Shown: positions 10,077 through 18,598 of the stretch, piece after piece
Numbering within the stretch: position 1 is the stretch's first letter
Layout of the letters: every line of letters starts with the position of its first letter
From: an uncultured Gemmatimonadales bacterium
GTDB taxonomy: Bacteria > Gemmatimonadota > Gemmatimonadetes > Gemmatimonadales > GWC2-71-9
DNA: 64,000 nucleotides
NCBI GenBank assembly: GCA_963828735.1
Contig: CAWHFW010000005.1
Span: forward strand, 2,233,261-2,297,260
Direction: 5' to 3'
Notes under the pieces: model-generated
Told to the model about the DNA's origin: nothing
Database searches by the model: none
The model's input: the letters and a program-made list of their open reading frames with translations, nothing else
Translations under genes and position numbers: made by a program

Positions 10077-11471
10077 TCACCGATCCGCCCTCCTCCTGAA
10101 CGCCTCCCGCCACGCGCTGATCGCGAGCCAGCCGCAGAGGATGCCGAATGCATACGCCGTCGCCTTCGGCAGCGCAAAGAACAGGGCCCCCAGGGACACC
10201 AGGACCGCGCTCAGCGGCAGGAAGATGGAGCGGCGGGCGTTGGACATCAGGGCGCGTACGGCGAGCGCGGCCCGCTTGCGCCGTTCCCGGCCCGTCGGCT
10301 CGTGCGCCCTCGGGGCGACCTCGGGTGCCTCGTGGCGCAGCACGGTCGGCAGCGCCGCGCTCAACCGGTGCGGGCCTCGCGCTGGACGGCGGATCACCTC
10401 GCGACTTCGGGCCACGTCCAGCCGGAACTGGCGCTCCATGGCCTCGGCGAGCTGCGAGTCCTCGATGAGGACGTCGAGCTCCCAGTTGCCCAGCAGGCTC
10501 GAGGGATTGAGGTTGCTCGATCCCACGCGCGACCAGCGGCCGTCGGCCACGATGGTCTTCGCGTGCAGCATCGGCCCGTCCCACTCGAAGATCCGGACCC
10601 CGTTCCGCAGCAGGTCGCGGTAGCCGATGCGGGAGAGGTTGCGCACCAGCGGCAGGTCGCTCGAGCCCGGCACCAGCAGACGGACGTCCACGCCGTCGCG
10701 CGCGGCGTCGCGCAGCGCCTGGAACAGCCGGGGCGGTGCGACGAGGTAGGCGTCGGTGATCCAGAGCCGGTTGATGCTCCCGGCCGCCAGCAGCTCGATC
10801 ACCCGGTAGGTCCGCTCGCGCGCCGGCTCGCCGCCGATGATGCGGACCTCCGCGTCACCCTGAGGGGTGACCCGTCCGGCGGCGTCGTCGTCCGGCAGGC
10901 GGCCACCGGCGATCTCCCAGGTCCGCGCGAACGCCTGGTCCAGCACCGCCGCCGCGGGGCCCGCGATCCGCACCGCGGTGTCGCGCCATGGACTTCCATC
11001 GTCCGCCTCCTCGCCGGTCCACTCGCAGCCGATGCACAGCCCGCCGATGACCGAGCGCGATCCGTCGGCCACGACCAGCTTCCGATGGTTGCGGGAGAAG
11101 TTCGACACGAGATCAATGGCGGACAGCGGCCGGAACGCACGCACCTCGACTCCCGCCTCCCGCAGCGCGCGCCAGTAGGAGCGCGGCGTGCCGATACTGC
11201 CGAGCCCGTCGTAGAGCACGCGGACGTGCACGCCCTCGCGGGCGCGGCGCATGAGGAGGTCGGCGAATCGGCTGCCCGCCGCGTCGGCGCGGATGATGTA
11301 GTTCTCGAAATGGATCCAGCGGCTGGCCCCGGCGATGACCTCGAGCATCGCATCGTACGCGCACGGGCCGTCGATCAGGAGCTCGACCTCGTTCCCCGGA
11401 ATGGGGCGTCCGCCGGCCGCGCGATTGATCGCGCTCGCAACCGTCTGCTCGGCGCCGCCCGCAGCCGTCAT
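10077..11471 (-). CDS. phospholipase D family protein / cardiolipin synthase-like
   Basis: ATG 11471 overlaps the HD gene stop (ATGA). Two HKD motifs (NHRKLVVADGSRSVIGG and LHAKTIVADGRWSRVGSSN). Two hydrophobic segments lie at the C-terminus. Confidence 0.85.
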   Translation of the reverse strand: MTAAGGAEQTVASAINRAAGGRPIPGNEVELLIDGPCAYDAMLEVIAGASRWIHFENYIIRADAAGSRFADLLMRRAREGVHVRVLYDGLGSIGTPRSYWRALREAGVEVRAFRPLSAIDLVSNFSRNHRKLVVADGSRSVIGGLCIGCEWTGEEADDGSPWRDTAVRIAGPAAAVLDQAFARTWEIAGGRLPDDDAAGRVTPQGDAEVRIIGGEPARERTYRVIELLAAGSINRLWITDAYLVAPPRLFQALRDAARDGVDVRLLVPGSSDLPLVRNLSRIGYRDLLRNGVRIFEWDGPMLHAKTIVADGRWSRVGSSNLNPSSLLGNWELDVLIEDSQLAEAMERQFRLDVARSREVIRRPARGPHRLSAALPTVLRHEAPEVAPRAHEPTGRERRKRAALAVRALMSNARRSIFLPLSAVLVSLGALFFALPKATAYAFGILCGWLAISAWREAFRRRADR

Positions 11472-12043
11472 GCCCCGCCGAGGCCCAGCTGGCGCTCGTG
11501 AGGCCTGAGGGCCTCCAGCACGAACGCGATGTGCTCGTCGAGCGGCACGCCGAGCTCGGCGGCGCCCTGCATCACGTCGTCGCGGCTCACGCCGCGCGCG
11601 AAGGCCTTGTCCTTGAGCTTCTTCTTGACGCTCGACACCTCGAGGTCCTGGAGGCTCCGGGACGGCCGCACGAGCGCGCAAGCCACCAGGAAGCCGCACA
11701 GCTCGTCCACGGCGAATAGCGCGCGGGCCATGGGCGTGTCACGCGGCACGCCGGTGTAGGTGGCGTGGCCGAGGATCGCGCGGCCGCTCGACTCCGGCAG
11801 CCCCGCCGCGGTGAGAATGCGCACGCCTTCCGCCGGATGCTCCTCGGTGGCCGAGTGCGCGGCGTTCGGGAACCGCTCGTAGTCGAAGTCGTGCACCAGC
11901 CCGACCACGCCCCAGGCTTCCACGTCCTCGCCGGCCCGCGCGGCCATGGCTCGCATCGCGATCTCCACGGCGTACATGTGCTTCCGGAGGGCGTCGGACG
12001 CGGTGTACTCCTGCATCAGGGCGAGCGCGCGATCGCGGTCCAT
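11468..12043 (-). CDS. HD-domain metal-dependent phosphohydrolase
   Basis: ATG 12043 (MDRDRALALMQEY...). H...HD motif (KHMYAVE...GLVHDFDYE). Confidence 0.8.
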   Translation of the reverse strand: MDRDRALALMQEYTASDALRKHMYAVEIAMRAMAARAGEDVEAWGVVGLVHDFDYERFPNAAHSATEEHPAEGVRILTAAGLPESSGRAILGHATYTGVPRDTPMARALFAVDELCGFLVACALVRPSRSLQDLEVSSVKKKLKDKAFARGVSRDDVMQGAAELGVPLDEHIAFVLEALRPHERQLGLGGA

Positions 12044-12145
12044 GGCAGTGAGGGGTAGGCGGTGAGTGGTAAGCAGTGCGCGGCGAGTGGTGGTTGCCCG
12101 CTGGTGGACGGTGAATGGTAAACCATCCCGGTCACCGCTCACCAC

Positions 12146-12544
12146 TCACTGCTGTTGCGCGTACCCTGCGGTGAGCGGCACCCGCGTCGCCATCTCGCCG
12201 TCCAGCGAGATCTCAAACGCGTAGGTACCTGGGCGCGGAAGCGGGATGTCGAATACGAGCACGGCGCCGGCCTCGACATCCACCACGCCGGCCGGAGGCT
12301 CCCCGAACTGTACGGTCCCCTCGCCGCCGAGGAGCTCCGTCCCGGCCTCGTCCACGAAGCGGATGCGGATCGAGTGGATCCCGATCTCCGTCCGCCGGCC
12401 CCGCACGCGCAGCACGAGGTGCGTGCGCGGACAGATGGACGGAAAGGTGGTGAGCCATACGTGCTGAAACATGCCGAGCACGCTCAACTTGCCCTGCTGG
12501 TCGATCAGGGCGTAGTCGGCGACGATCGCGAAATCGAGATGCAG
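12146..12544 (-). CDS. hypothetical protein (start codon unclear)
   Basis: The track ORF starts at TTG 12487. The same frame continues upstream with strongly coding-like codons (HLDFAIVADYALIDQQGK) as far as a CTG at 12544, 1 nt after the PPIase stop. No ATG/GTG/TTG is available upstream. Confidence 0.5.
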   Translation of the reverse strand: MHLDFAIVADYALIDQQGKLSVLGMFQHVWLTTFPSICPRTHLVLRVRGRRTEIGIHSIRIRFVDEAGTELLGGEGTVQFGEPPAGVVDVEAGAVLVFDIPLPRPGTYAFEISLDGEMATRVPLTAGYAQQQ

Positions 12545-12545
12545 C

Positions 12546-12995
12546 TCACGCCACCCGGATCGAGGTGATGACGTCGTTCTGCCGGATGCTGTTCACGATG
12601 TCCATGCCCTCGCGGACTTGCCCGAAGACGGTATGGACCCGATCGAGATGCGGCTGCGGGGCATGACAGATGAAGAACTGGCTGCCGCCGGTGTCCTTGC
12701 CGGCGTGCGCCATCGAGAGCGTCCCGGCGACGTGCTTGTGGGTGTTGAGGTGGGTCTCGCACTTGATCTTGTAGCCCGGGCCGCCGGTCCCGACCCGCGG
12801 GTTGTTCGGATCCTTCGAGAGCGGGTCGCCGCCCTGGATCATGAAGTTGTTGATCACGCGGTGGAACCGGGTGCCGTCGTAGAACTCGCTGTTGGCCAGC
12901 TTCTCGAAGTTGGCGACGGTATTGGGCGTTTCGCCGTCGAACAGGTCGGCGAGGATGGTGCCCTTGCTGGTTTCGATCGTGGCGGTCTTGGTCAC
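12546..12995 (-). CDS. peptidyl-prolyl cis-trans isomerase, cyclophilin type
   Basis: [34 protein letters not shown] and HTVFGQV motifs. GTG start. Confidence 0.95.
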   Translation of the reverse strand: MTKTATIETSKGTILADLFDGETPNTVANFEKLANSEFYDGTRFHRVINNFMIQGGDPLSKDPNNPRVGTGGPGYKIKCETHLNTHKHVAGTLSMAHAGKDTGGSQFFICHAPQPHLDRVHTVFGQVREGMDIVNSIRQNDVITSIRVA

Positions 12996-13025
12996 GGTAC
13001 GCGTACTCCGAAGAGGGTCCGGGGG

Positions 13026-15950
13026 CTAATCTAACACCGTCGTGACGAGGCCAGCCTCGCGGAGAAACAGGTCGCCGCCGGTCGGGCGTCCGTCGCGCTG
13101 CGACGAGCGCGTGAGGACCAGCCGGTCCTTGGCGCGGGTCATGCCCACGTAGAGCAGGCGGCGCGCCTCCTGGATCTCCTTCCACTCCTCGTTGTCGAGG
13201 GCGACCGCGCCGGGGATCTGATTGTCCTCGACGCCCACGATGTAGACCCGCGAGAACTCGAGGCCCTTGGTCGCGTGGAGCGTGAGCAGGCTCACACGCC
13301 GGTCGTCGGTTCGACTTCCGTCGCTCCGTGACAGCGCGACGCGGTTGAGCAGCAGGGCGATACTCTCGGCCAGGGACGGCGCGGTGCTCGAGTCAACCAG
13401 CGCTTCGAGCCGGGCCGCCGACGGCGGGTACCGCTCGGCCACGGAGCGGTCGGTCCGCATCCGCTCCATCAGGCGCTGGCCGCCCAAGCGCTCGACCAGC
13501 TCCTCTGCGGATGGGGCATCCGTGCCGGCCGCCTGCTCGGCGTAGGCCTCGAGACACCCGCTGTAACGGCCCAGGGCCGCGGGCAGGGCGACGTCCCGGA
13601 GGACTCGTTCCTCCGGGGTCGGCTCCGCGGGCGCATCGATCGCGAGCGCGAGGCCGAGCCACCCGAGCAGCTGCACCAGTGCGGTCTTCCTCGCGCGTAC
13701 CAGGCGCAGCTCGCCCAGGTGCCGGGCCACGCCGACGAGCGTGGTCGCGTCGTCGATCGCGTGGTGGGACCGGCCGCGCGAGACGCCGAACCGGTGCGCG
13801 AGGTCCTCGAGGCGCGCGCTCTCGTCCATGAGCGAGCGCGCGAGCGGCAGCGTGTCGAAGAAGACCAGCTCCTCGACGCCCGGAAGGCCGGAGGCCAGGC
13901 GGCGGAGCACGGGGACGTCGAACGTGTGGCCGTTGTGCGCCACCAGCAGGTCTTCGCCCACGAACTCGCGGAACGCGGGCCACACGTCCGCGAACGGCGG
14001 CTGATCGCACACATCGGACTCGCGATAGCCGTGCACGGCCGTCGCTCGCGGCGTGATGGGCCGCGACGGTCGGACGAGGCGCTGAAACTGGTCCACGACG
14101 ACCCGGCCTCGCACCCGCACCGCCGCCAGCTCCACGACATCGCACTCGCCGGCGTCCATCTCGGTCGTCTCGAGGTCGAACGCGACGTAGTCTTGCAGCG
14201 GATCGGTGAGCCCGCGGCACTGCAGAAGCTGCAGTGCCTTGAAGATCAGGAAGGGGCGTGCGCTGCCGGCGCGAAGCACGAGATCGCCGGGGGCGGGCCG
14301 ATTGCCGGGCGCGAGCCGGTGAACGCGGTCGCCGACGACGGCACGGAGCATCGGCAGCAGCGCGAGCTCGAGTCCGCGGTCCGGCTCGAGCCAGACGGTG
14401 GCGCCGGCGTCCCGGGTCTCCCGCAGCCGGTCGGCCAGGTGCGTCGCGCCCGGCACCTCGGCCGGATCCGTGAGCTCCGCCGCACGCTCGTCCAGGGGAT
14501 TGCGATACCGGCCGAGGCGCTCCGACAGCAATGCGTCCACGAGATCGCGGATGGACTCGTGGGTGCGGCTCAGGCCGGCCAGGTTCTCGACGTGAAAGAC
14601 GAATCGCCACGCGTGCCTGGCGTCCGGATCGCCGCGCATCGTCCGGGCGAATACCCGAAGTCCGGTGAGCAGGTCGAGAGTGCGGTGGGTGGCGCGGATC
14701 CGGCTCACCAGCGCGGGCGGGAGGACCTGCTCGGCGAACGCCTCGACCCGCAACGGATCGTCGGGCGCCTGAATGATGCGCAGGCTCGCCACGATCGCCC
14801 CGATCAGCTCGTCGTCCAGCAGCGCCTGGCCGCGCGCCATGAGGCAGGGGATGCCGGCCTCGATGAAGCGGGTCTCGAGCCGCTGCCCGATGCGGTGGGA
14901 CCGGTAGAGCACGCCGTATTCCCCCCAGTCGAGCGCCGAGGCCGCCCGATCGCGCAGCAGGTCGGACACCACCCACTCGGCCTCGCAGGTTTCGTCGGGA
15001 AAGGCGGCCGCGGTGACGCAGTGGTCCGACTCGCGGGTGGCCTCGAGCCGCTTCTCGAACAGGCCCGGGTTCCGGGTGACCAGCTGGCGGGCGGTCTCGA
15101 AGATCTGGCGCGAGCACCGGCGGTTGAGATCGAGGATGATGGGCTCGGCGATGCCGAAGTCGTCCCGGAAGCGGCCCAGGATAGCCGGATCGGCGCCGGT
15201 CCAGGAGAAGATGGACTGCTCGTCATCGCCCACGGCGAAGCAGTTGCGGTGCCGGGCGGCCAGCTCGGTCACGACCTCGTACTGAGCCAGGCTCAAGTCC
15301 TGGAACTCGTCCACCAGGACGTAGTCCCAGCGATTTCTCACGTCCGCGCGAACGTCCTCGCGGCTCCGGAGGAGCTCGCCCGCGCGCGCGATCAAGTCGT
15401 CGTAGTCCAGCAGATTCCTGAGCCGGAGGGCGTCGGTGTAGGCGGCGAACAGGTCCTGGTCGCCGGGGGTCAGCGGCACGTGCTGGAGGCGATGCCGGCC
15501 GAACTGGAGCAGGAGCGCCCCGTGGCGCTCGGGCCGGACACGGAGACGGCGCAGGACCCGCCGCTGGTAGTCGTCGTCGGCGATCCCGAAACCGCGTTTC
15601 AGGCCCGCGGCCGCCGCGTGATCCCGCAGGAGGCCGAAGCAGAGCGCGTGCAGCGTTCCGCGGGTGACGTCCTCGGCGAGCGGGCCGATCTCCCGCTGGA
15701 GCCGGGAGGCGATCTCGTCGGCGGCCTTGTTGGTGAAGGTGACCGCGCAGATGCGGCGTGGGTCGAAGCCGTGCCAGGCGATCAGCCGCGCGATGCGCGC
15801 GATGAGGCAGTAGGTCTTGCCGGCGCCCGGGCCGGCGACGACGAGCACCGGGCCGAGCGGAGCCTCGATGGCCTGGCGCTGCGCGGAGGACGGGTCGAGG
15901 GCCAGGCTCAGTCCTCCGCCGGTCCGAGCGCCGCGAGGGTGGCGCGCCAC
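13026..15950 (-). CDS. UvrD/PcrA-family helicase with inserted DEDDh 3'-5' exonuclease domain
   Basis: Helicase motifs AGPGAGKT, DEFQD, GDDEQSIF and C-terminal LYVGMTRAKDRL. Residues about 588-750 carry exonuclease motifs FDLETT, HNGHTFDVPVL and HHAIDDA. Confidence 0.85.
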   Translation of the reverse strand: MARHPRGARTGGGLSLALDPSSAQRQAIEAPLGPVLVVAGPGAGKTYCLIARIARLIAWHGFDPRRICAVTFTNKAADEIASRLQREIGPLAEDVTRGTLHALCFGLLRDHAAAAGLKRGFGIADDDYQRRVLRRLRVRPERHGALLLQFGRHRLQHVPLTPGDQDLFAAYTDALRLRNLLDYDDLIARAGELLRSREDVRADVRNRWDYVLVDEFQDLSLAQYEVVTELAARHRNCFAVGDDEQSIFSWTGADPAILGRFRDDFGIAEPIILDLNRRCSRQIFETARQLVTRNPGLFEKRLEATRESDHCVTAAAFPDETCEAEWVVSDLLRDRAASALDWGEYGVLYRSHRIGQRLETRFIEAGIPCLMARGQALLDDELIGAIVASLRIIQAPDDPLRVEAFAEQVLPPALVSRIRATHRTLDLLTGLRVFARTMRGDPDARHAWRFVFHVENLAGLSRTHESIRDLVDALLSERLGRYRNPLDERAAELTDPAEVPGATHLADRLRETRDAGATVWLEPDRGLELALLPMLRAVVGDRVHRLAPGNRPAPGDLVLRAGSARPFLIFKALQLLQCRGLTDPLQDYVAFDLETTEMDAGECDVVELAAVRVRGRVVVDQFQRLVRPSRPITPRATAVHGYRESDVCDQPPFADVWPAFREFVGEDLLVAHNGHTFDVPVLRRLASGLPGVEELVFFDTLPLARSLMDESARLEDLAHRFGVSRGRSHHAIDDATTLVGVARHLGELRLVRARKTALVQLLGWLGLALAIDAPAEPTPEERVLRDVALPAALGRYSGCLEAYAEQAAGTDAPSAEELVERLGGQRLMERMRTDRSVAERYPPSAARLEALVDSSTAPSLAESIALLLNRVALSRSDGSRTDDRRVSLLTLHATKGLEFSRVYIVGVEDNQIPGAVALDNEEWKEIQEARRLLYVGMTRAKDRLVLTRSSQRDGRPTGGDLFLREAGLVTTVLD

Positions 15951-17983
15951 TGGTCCACCGTCTCCGCCGGCGCGCGACAGCTCGTGCCGGTGCAGGCGTA
16001 TGCGCGCGGCGCCCGGCCCGCGGCCACCATGCCGGCCATGGCCTGGGGTAGGGCCACGCCGTTCGTGTCGCCGGGCGTGAGTCGCCGCACGAGGCGACGC
16101 GGCACGAAGGTGCCGAGCGCGTCGCGGTGCATCCGGTCCGCGACGGCATCGCCGGGCTCGCCGACGACGACCAGGTGAGTCGCGGGCGAGAGGTGCCAGT
16201 CCACGGCGAGCAGATACGCCGCCGCATACAATCCCAAGTCGGCGGCGCGGCCGGCAAAGGCGCGGATCAGGGCGTGCCCGCGCTCGCGCCAGCGCGCCTC
16301 GCCGGTGTGCTCATGGAGGCGCGCCGCCACCACCCCCGCGACGCCGTTCGGTGACGGCGTCGGCGCGTCCTGCACCGGCTTGGCCCGCGCCGGCAACAGG
16401 CCCGGCTCGGAGCCCCGCGCGCGGGCCGTGTCGAACAGCCCGCCGGCCTCCGGGTCCCAGTAGTCCGTCCACACCCGATCCATGATGGCCGAGGCCCAGG
16501 CCAGCCAGACGCCGTCGCCCGTTGCCTCGTAGGCGTCGAGCGCGGCCGCGGCGACCTGGACCTGATCGTCGAGCAGTCCCGCGACGCCGCCAGGCGTGTG
16601 GGTCACGGCGTCCTCGGTCAGCCGCTCGTCACGGATCCTGGCGAGGCTCAGGATGGCGTGGGCGCGGGCCTCCTCGTCGCCCAGCACCGCGCCGGCGCGG
16701 AGCATCGCCGCTGCCATCATGGCGTTCCAGTTCGTGTACCGCGTGCGATCCACGAACGGCGCGGGCCGGGCGCGGCGCGCGTCCAGGAGCTTGCCCTGCG
16801 CCCGCTCGAGGTCGGCGCGCACGTCGGACTCGCCGCGGCCCAGGCGCGTCGCGATCGCGCCGACTGTCGCGGCGATGAACAGTACGTTCTTCGACGGGTT
16901 GTGGTGCATCTCCCCGGCGGTGCCGATGTCGTAATAGGCCGCCGCCACCTCGAGCTCCTCGGGCGTAAGCGCCGCGGCGGCTTCCTCACGGGTCCAGGTG
17001 AAGTAGTCGCCGTCGTCGTCGAGTCCCACGTCGGCGTCCTGGCTCGCGGCGTAGCCACCCGCGGCATCGGATGCCACCTCGCGGACCCAGCGGACGATCC
17101 CGCGCGCGGTCGCCGCGTACTCCTCGGTGCCGAGGAGTGCGTAGGCGTCAGCGTAGACCTTGAGCAGCTCGGAGTTGTCGTAGGCCATCTTCTCGAAGTG
17201 CGGCACGATCCACTCGGCGTCGACGCTGTAGCGGTGAAACCCACCGCCGAGTTGGTCATAGACGCCGCCGCGCGCCATGCCGTGCAGCGTGCGATCGAGG
17301 ATCGTGCGGACCGCATCGGACGGCTGGTCCCACCAGCGGTGCAGCAGCAGCGTCATCGCGCCGGGATGGGGGAACTTGGGTGCGCGCCCGAACCCGCCGT
17401 TCTCCGGATCGAACACGCGCGTCATGCCGGTCACGGCCTCGCCGAGCATGTCGAGCGACGGCTCGCCCGGCGCCGCCTCGTTGAGGTCGTCGCCCACGAC
17501 ACGGCGCACGGCCTCTGCCTGCGACTGCACCTGGCCGCGACGGGAGCGGTACGCGTCGAGCACGCTCTCGAGCACGGTCCGGAAGCCGGGGCGTCCGTGC
17601 GCCCCGTCGGGCGGGAAGTACGTTCCGCCGTAGAAAACCTCACCCACCGGCGTCAGAAACGCGGTCAGGGGCCAGCCACCCTGCCGGGTGAGCGCCTGCA
17701 CCGCGCGCTGGTAGCGCGCGTCGACGTCGGGTCGCTCGTCGCGGTCCACCTTGATGCAGACGAAGTGCTCGTTCAGGAACTCCGCCAGCGCCGGATTCTC
17801 GTACGACTCGCCGTCCATGACGTGGCACCAGTGACACCAGACTGCCCCGATGTCGAGCAGCACCGGACGATCCTGCGCCTTGGCCACGGCGAAGGCCTCA
17901 TCGCCCCAGGGGAACCAGTGAATGGGCTGGTGCGCGGCAGATTGGAGGTAGGCGGAGCCGGCGGCGGCGAGGCGATTCGTCAT
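15908..17983 (-). CDS. thioredoxin-domain (DUF255/YyaL-like) protein with alpha/alpha-toroid domain
   Basis: ATG 17983 (MTNRLAAAGSAYL...). WFPWGDEAF...VLLDIGAVWCHWCHVM motif. Long six-hairpin-like C-terminal part. Confidence 0.85.
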   Translation of the reverse strand: MTNRLAAAGSAYLQSAAHQPIHWFPWGDEAFAVAKAQDRPVLLDIGAVWCHWCHVMDGESYENPALAEFLNEHFVCIKVDRDERPDVDARYQRAVQALTRQGGWPLTAFLTPVGEVFYGGTYFPPDGAHGRPGFRTVLESVLDAYRSRRGQVQSQAEAVRRVVGDDLNEAAPGEPSLDMLGEAVTGMTRVFDPENGGFGRAPKFPHPGAMTLLLHRWWDQPSDAVRTILDRTLHGMARGGVYDQLGGGFHRYSVDAEWIVPHFEKMAYDNSELLKVYADAYALLGTEEYAATARGIVRWVREVASDAAGGYAASQDADVGLDDDGDYFTWTREEAAAALTPEELEVAAAYYDIGTAGEMHHNPSKNVLFIAATVGAIATRLGRGESDVRADLERAQGKLLDARRARPAPFVDRTRYTNWNAMMAAAMLRAGAVLGDEEARAHAILSLARIRDERLTEDAVTHTPGGVAGLLDDQVQVAAAALDAYEATGDGVWLAWASAIMDRVWTDYWDPEAGGLFDTARARGSEPGLLPARAKPVQDAPTPSPNGVAGVVAARLHEHTGEARWRERGHALIRAFAGRAADLGLYAAAYLLAVDWHLSPATHLVVVGEPGDAVADRMHRDALGTFVPRRLVRRLTPGDTNGVALPQAMAGMVAAGRAPRAYACTGTSCRAPAETVDQWRATLAALGPAED

Positions 17984-17998
17984 GGGATGAAGGTAGCG

Positions 17999-18027
17999 AA
18001 AAGGGCGCACCTTCGTGCGCCCTTTTC
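17999..18027 (-). terminator. intrinsic terminator (symmetric, could act in both directions)
   Basis: Sequence AAAA-GGGCGCAC-CTTC-GTGCGCCC-TTTT: perfect 8-bp GC stem (18003-18010 / 18015-18022) and 4-nt loop, flanked by A and T runs. Lies just downstream of the cytochrome c gene. Confidence 0.75.
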
Positions 18028-18048
18028 GTCACCTCGCGCCAGGGAGCG

Positions 18049-18432
18049 TCAGGAGGGCGCCTTGTGGCTCAGTGAGTAGACGTAGGCCGCGACCGCCTTG
18101 ACCTCGTCGTCGGTGATGCTGGATCCGCCCTTGGGCGGCATCATGATGCCGCTCTTGGACTCGGCCTGCGGCACGCCGGTCGTGATCTGCTTGACGATCG
18201 CGTCGTACGAGCCGTCGCTGTGGAGCCATTCGGCATCGGTGAGGTTCGGCCCGACCGCGCCCTGCGCGTTGGCGCCGTGGCACGCGTAGCAGTTGCCCTT
18301 GCTGTGGAAGATGCTGTCGCCTTGGGCGATCGCGGCAGGCGTGACGCCGGCCGGGGCCTGCGCCATGGCGGGGCGGGTCCCCATGACGGCGCCAAACGCG
18401 AGCAAGAGACCGAAGCGAGTCCGGATGTCCAT
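18049..18432 (-). CDS. class I c-type cytochrome
   Basis: Signal peptide, heme motif CYACH, distal Met region (IMMPPKG). Confidence 0.85.
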   Translation of the reverse strand: MDIRTRFGLLLAFGAVMGTRPAMAQAPAGVTPAAIAQGDSIFHSKGNCYACHGANAQGAVGPNLTDAEWLHSDGSYDAIVKQITTGVPQAESKSGIMMPPKGGSSITDDEVKAVAAYVYSLSHKAPS

Positions 18433-18510
18433 CGTGGCTCCTGTGAGGTGACGTCGTCTGACAACGGGCTCTGGAGAATACAGCCCCGGAAGGGGCGGTC
18501 AAGGCGGCCC

Positions 18511-18546
18511 AAGGGCAAAGGCCGGACCGATCAGTCCGGTCCGGCC
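18511..18546 (-). terminator. intrinsic terminator after the glycoside-hydrolase-like gene
   Basis: 9-bp stem GGCCGGACC / GGTCCGGCC (18520-18528 / 18538-18546), followed on the minus strand by TTTGCCCTT. Confidence 0.6.
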
Positions 18547-18598
18547 CAACGTTTCTCGGGACAAGGGTTTGGGGACAGAACGGCCCGCCGAGGAGCCG

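Noticed and set aside
10077-15950. The HD hydrolase, PLD-family protein and nearby UvrD-exonuclease considered as a possible anti-phage defence island.
   Set aside because: The PLD protein has cardiolipin-synthase-like sequence and membrane anchors, and the HD protein is a small housekeeping-type hydrolase. A cyclophilin gene and a hypothetical gene separate them from the helicase. No typical defence partners or mobile-element signatures are present.
13719-16178. An 819-aa ORF on the + strand. Similar long ORFs include 93..1280(+), 3083..4624(+), 4714..6513(+), 16598..18079(+), 30830..32299(+), 35561..36709(+), 36466..38322(+), 40855..42693(-), 51410..53149(+) and 55841..56923(+).
   Set aside because: All lie antisense to genes with clear motifs. 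They are dominated by Arg/Gly/Pro/Ala/His runs with no recognisable motif. Long stop-free antisense frames are expected at about 70% GC.
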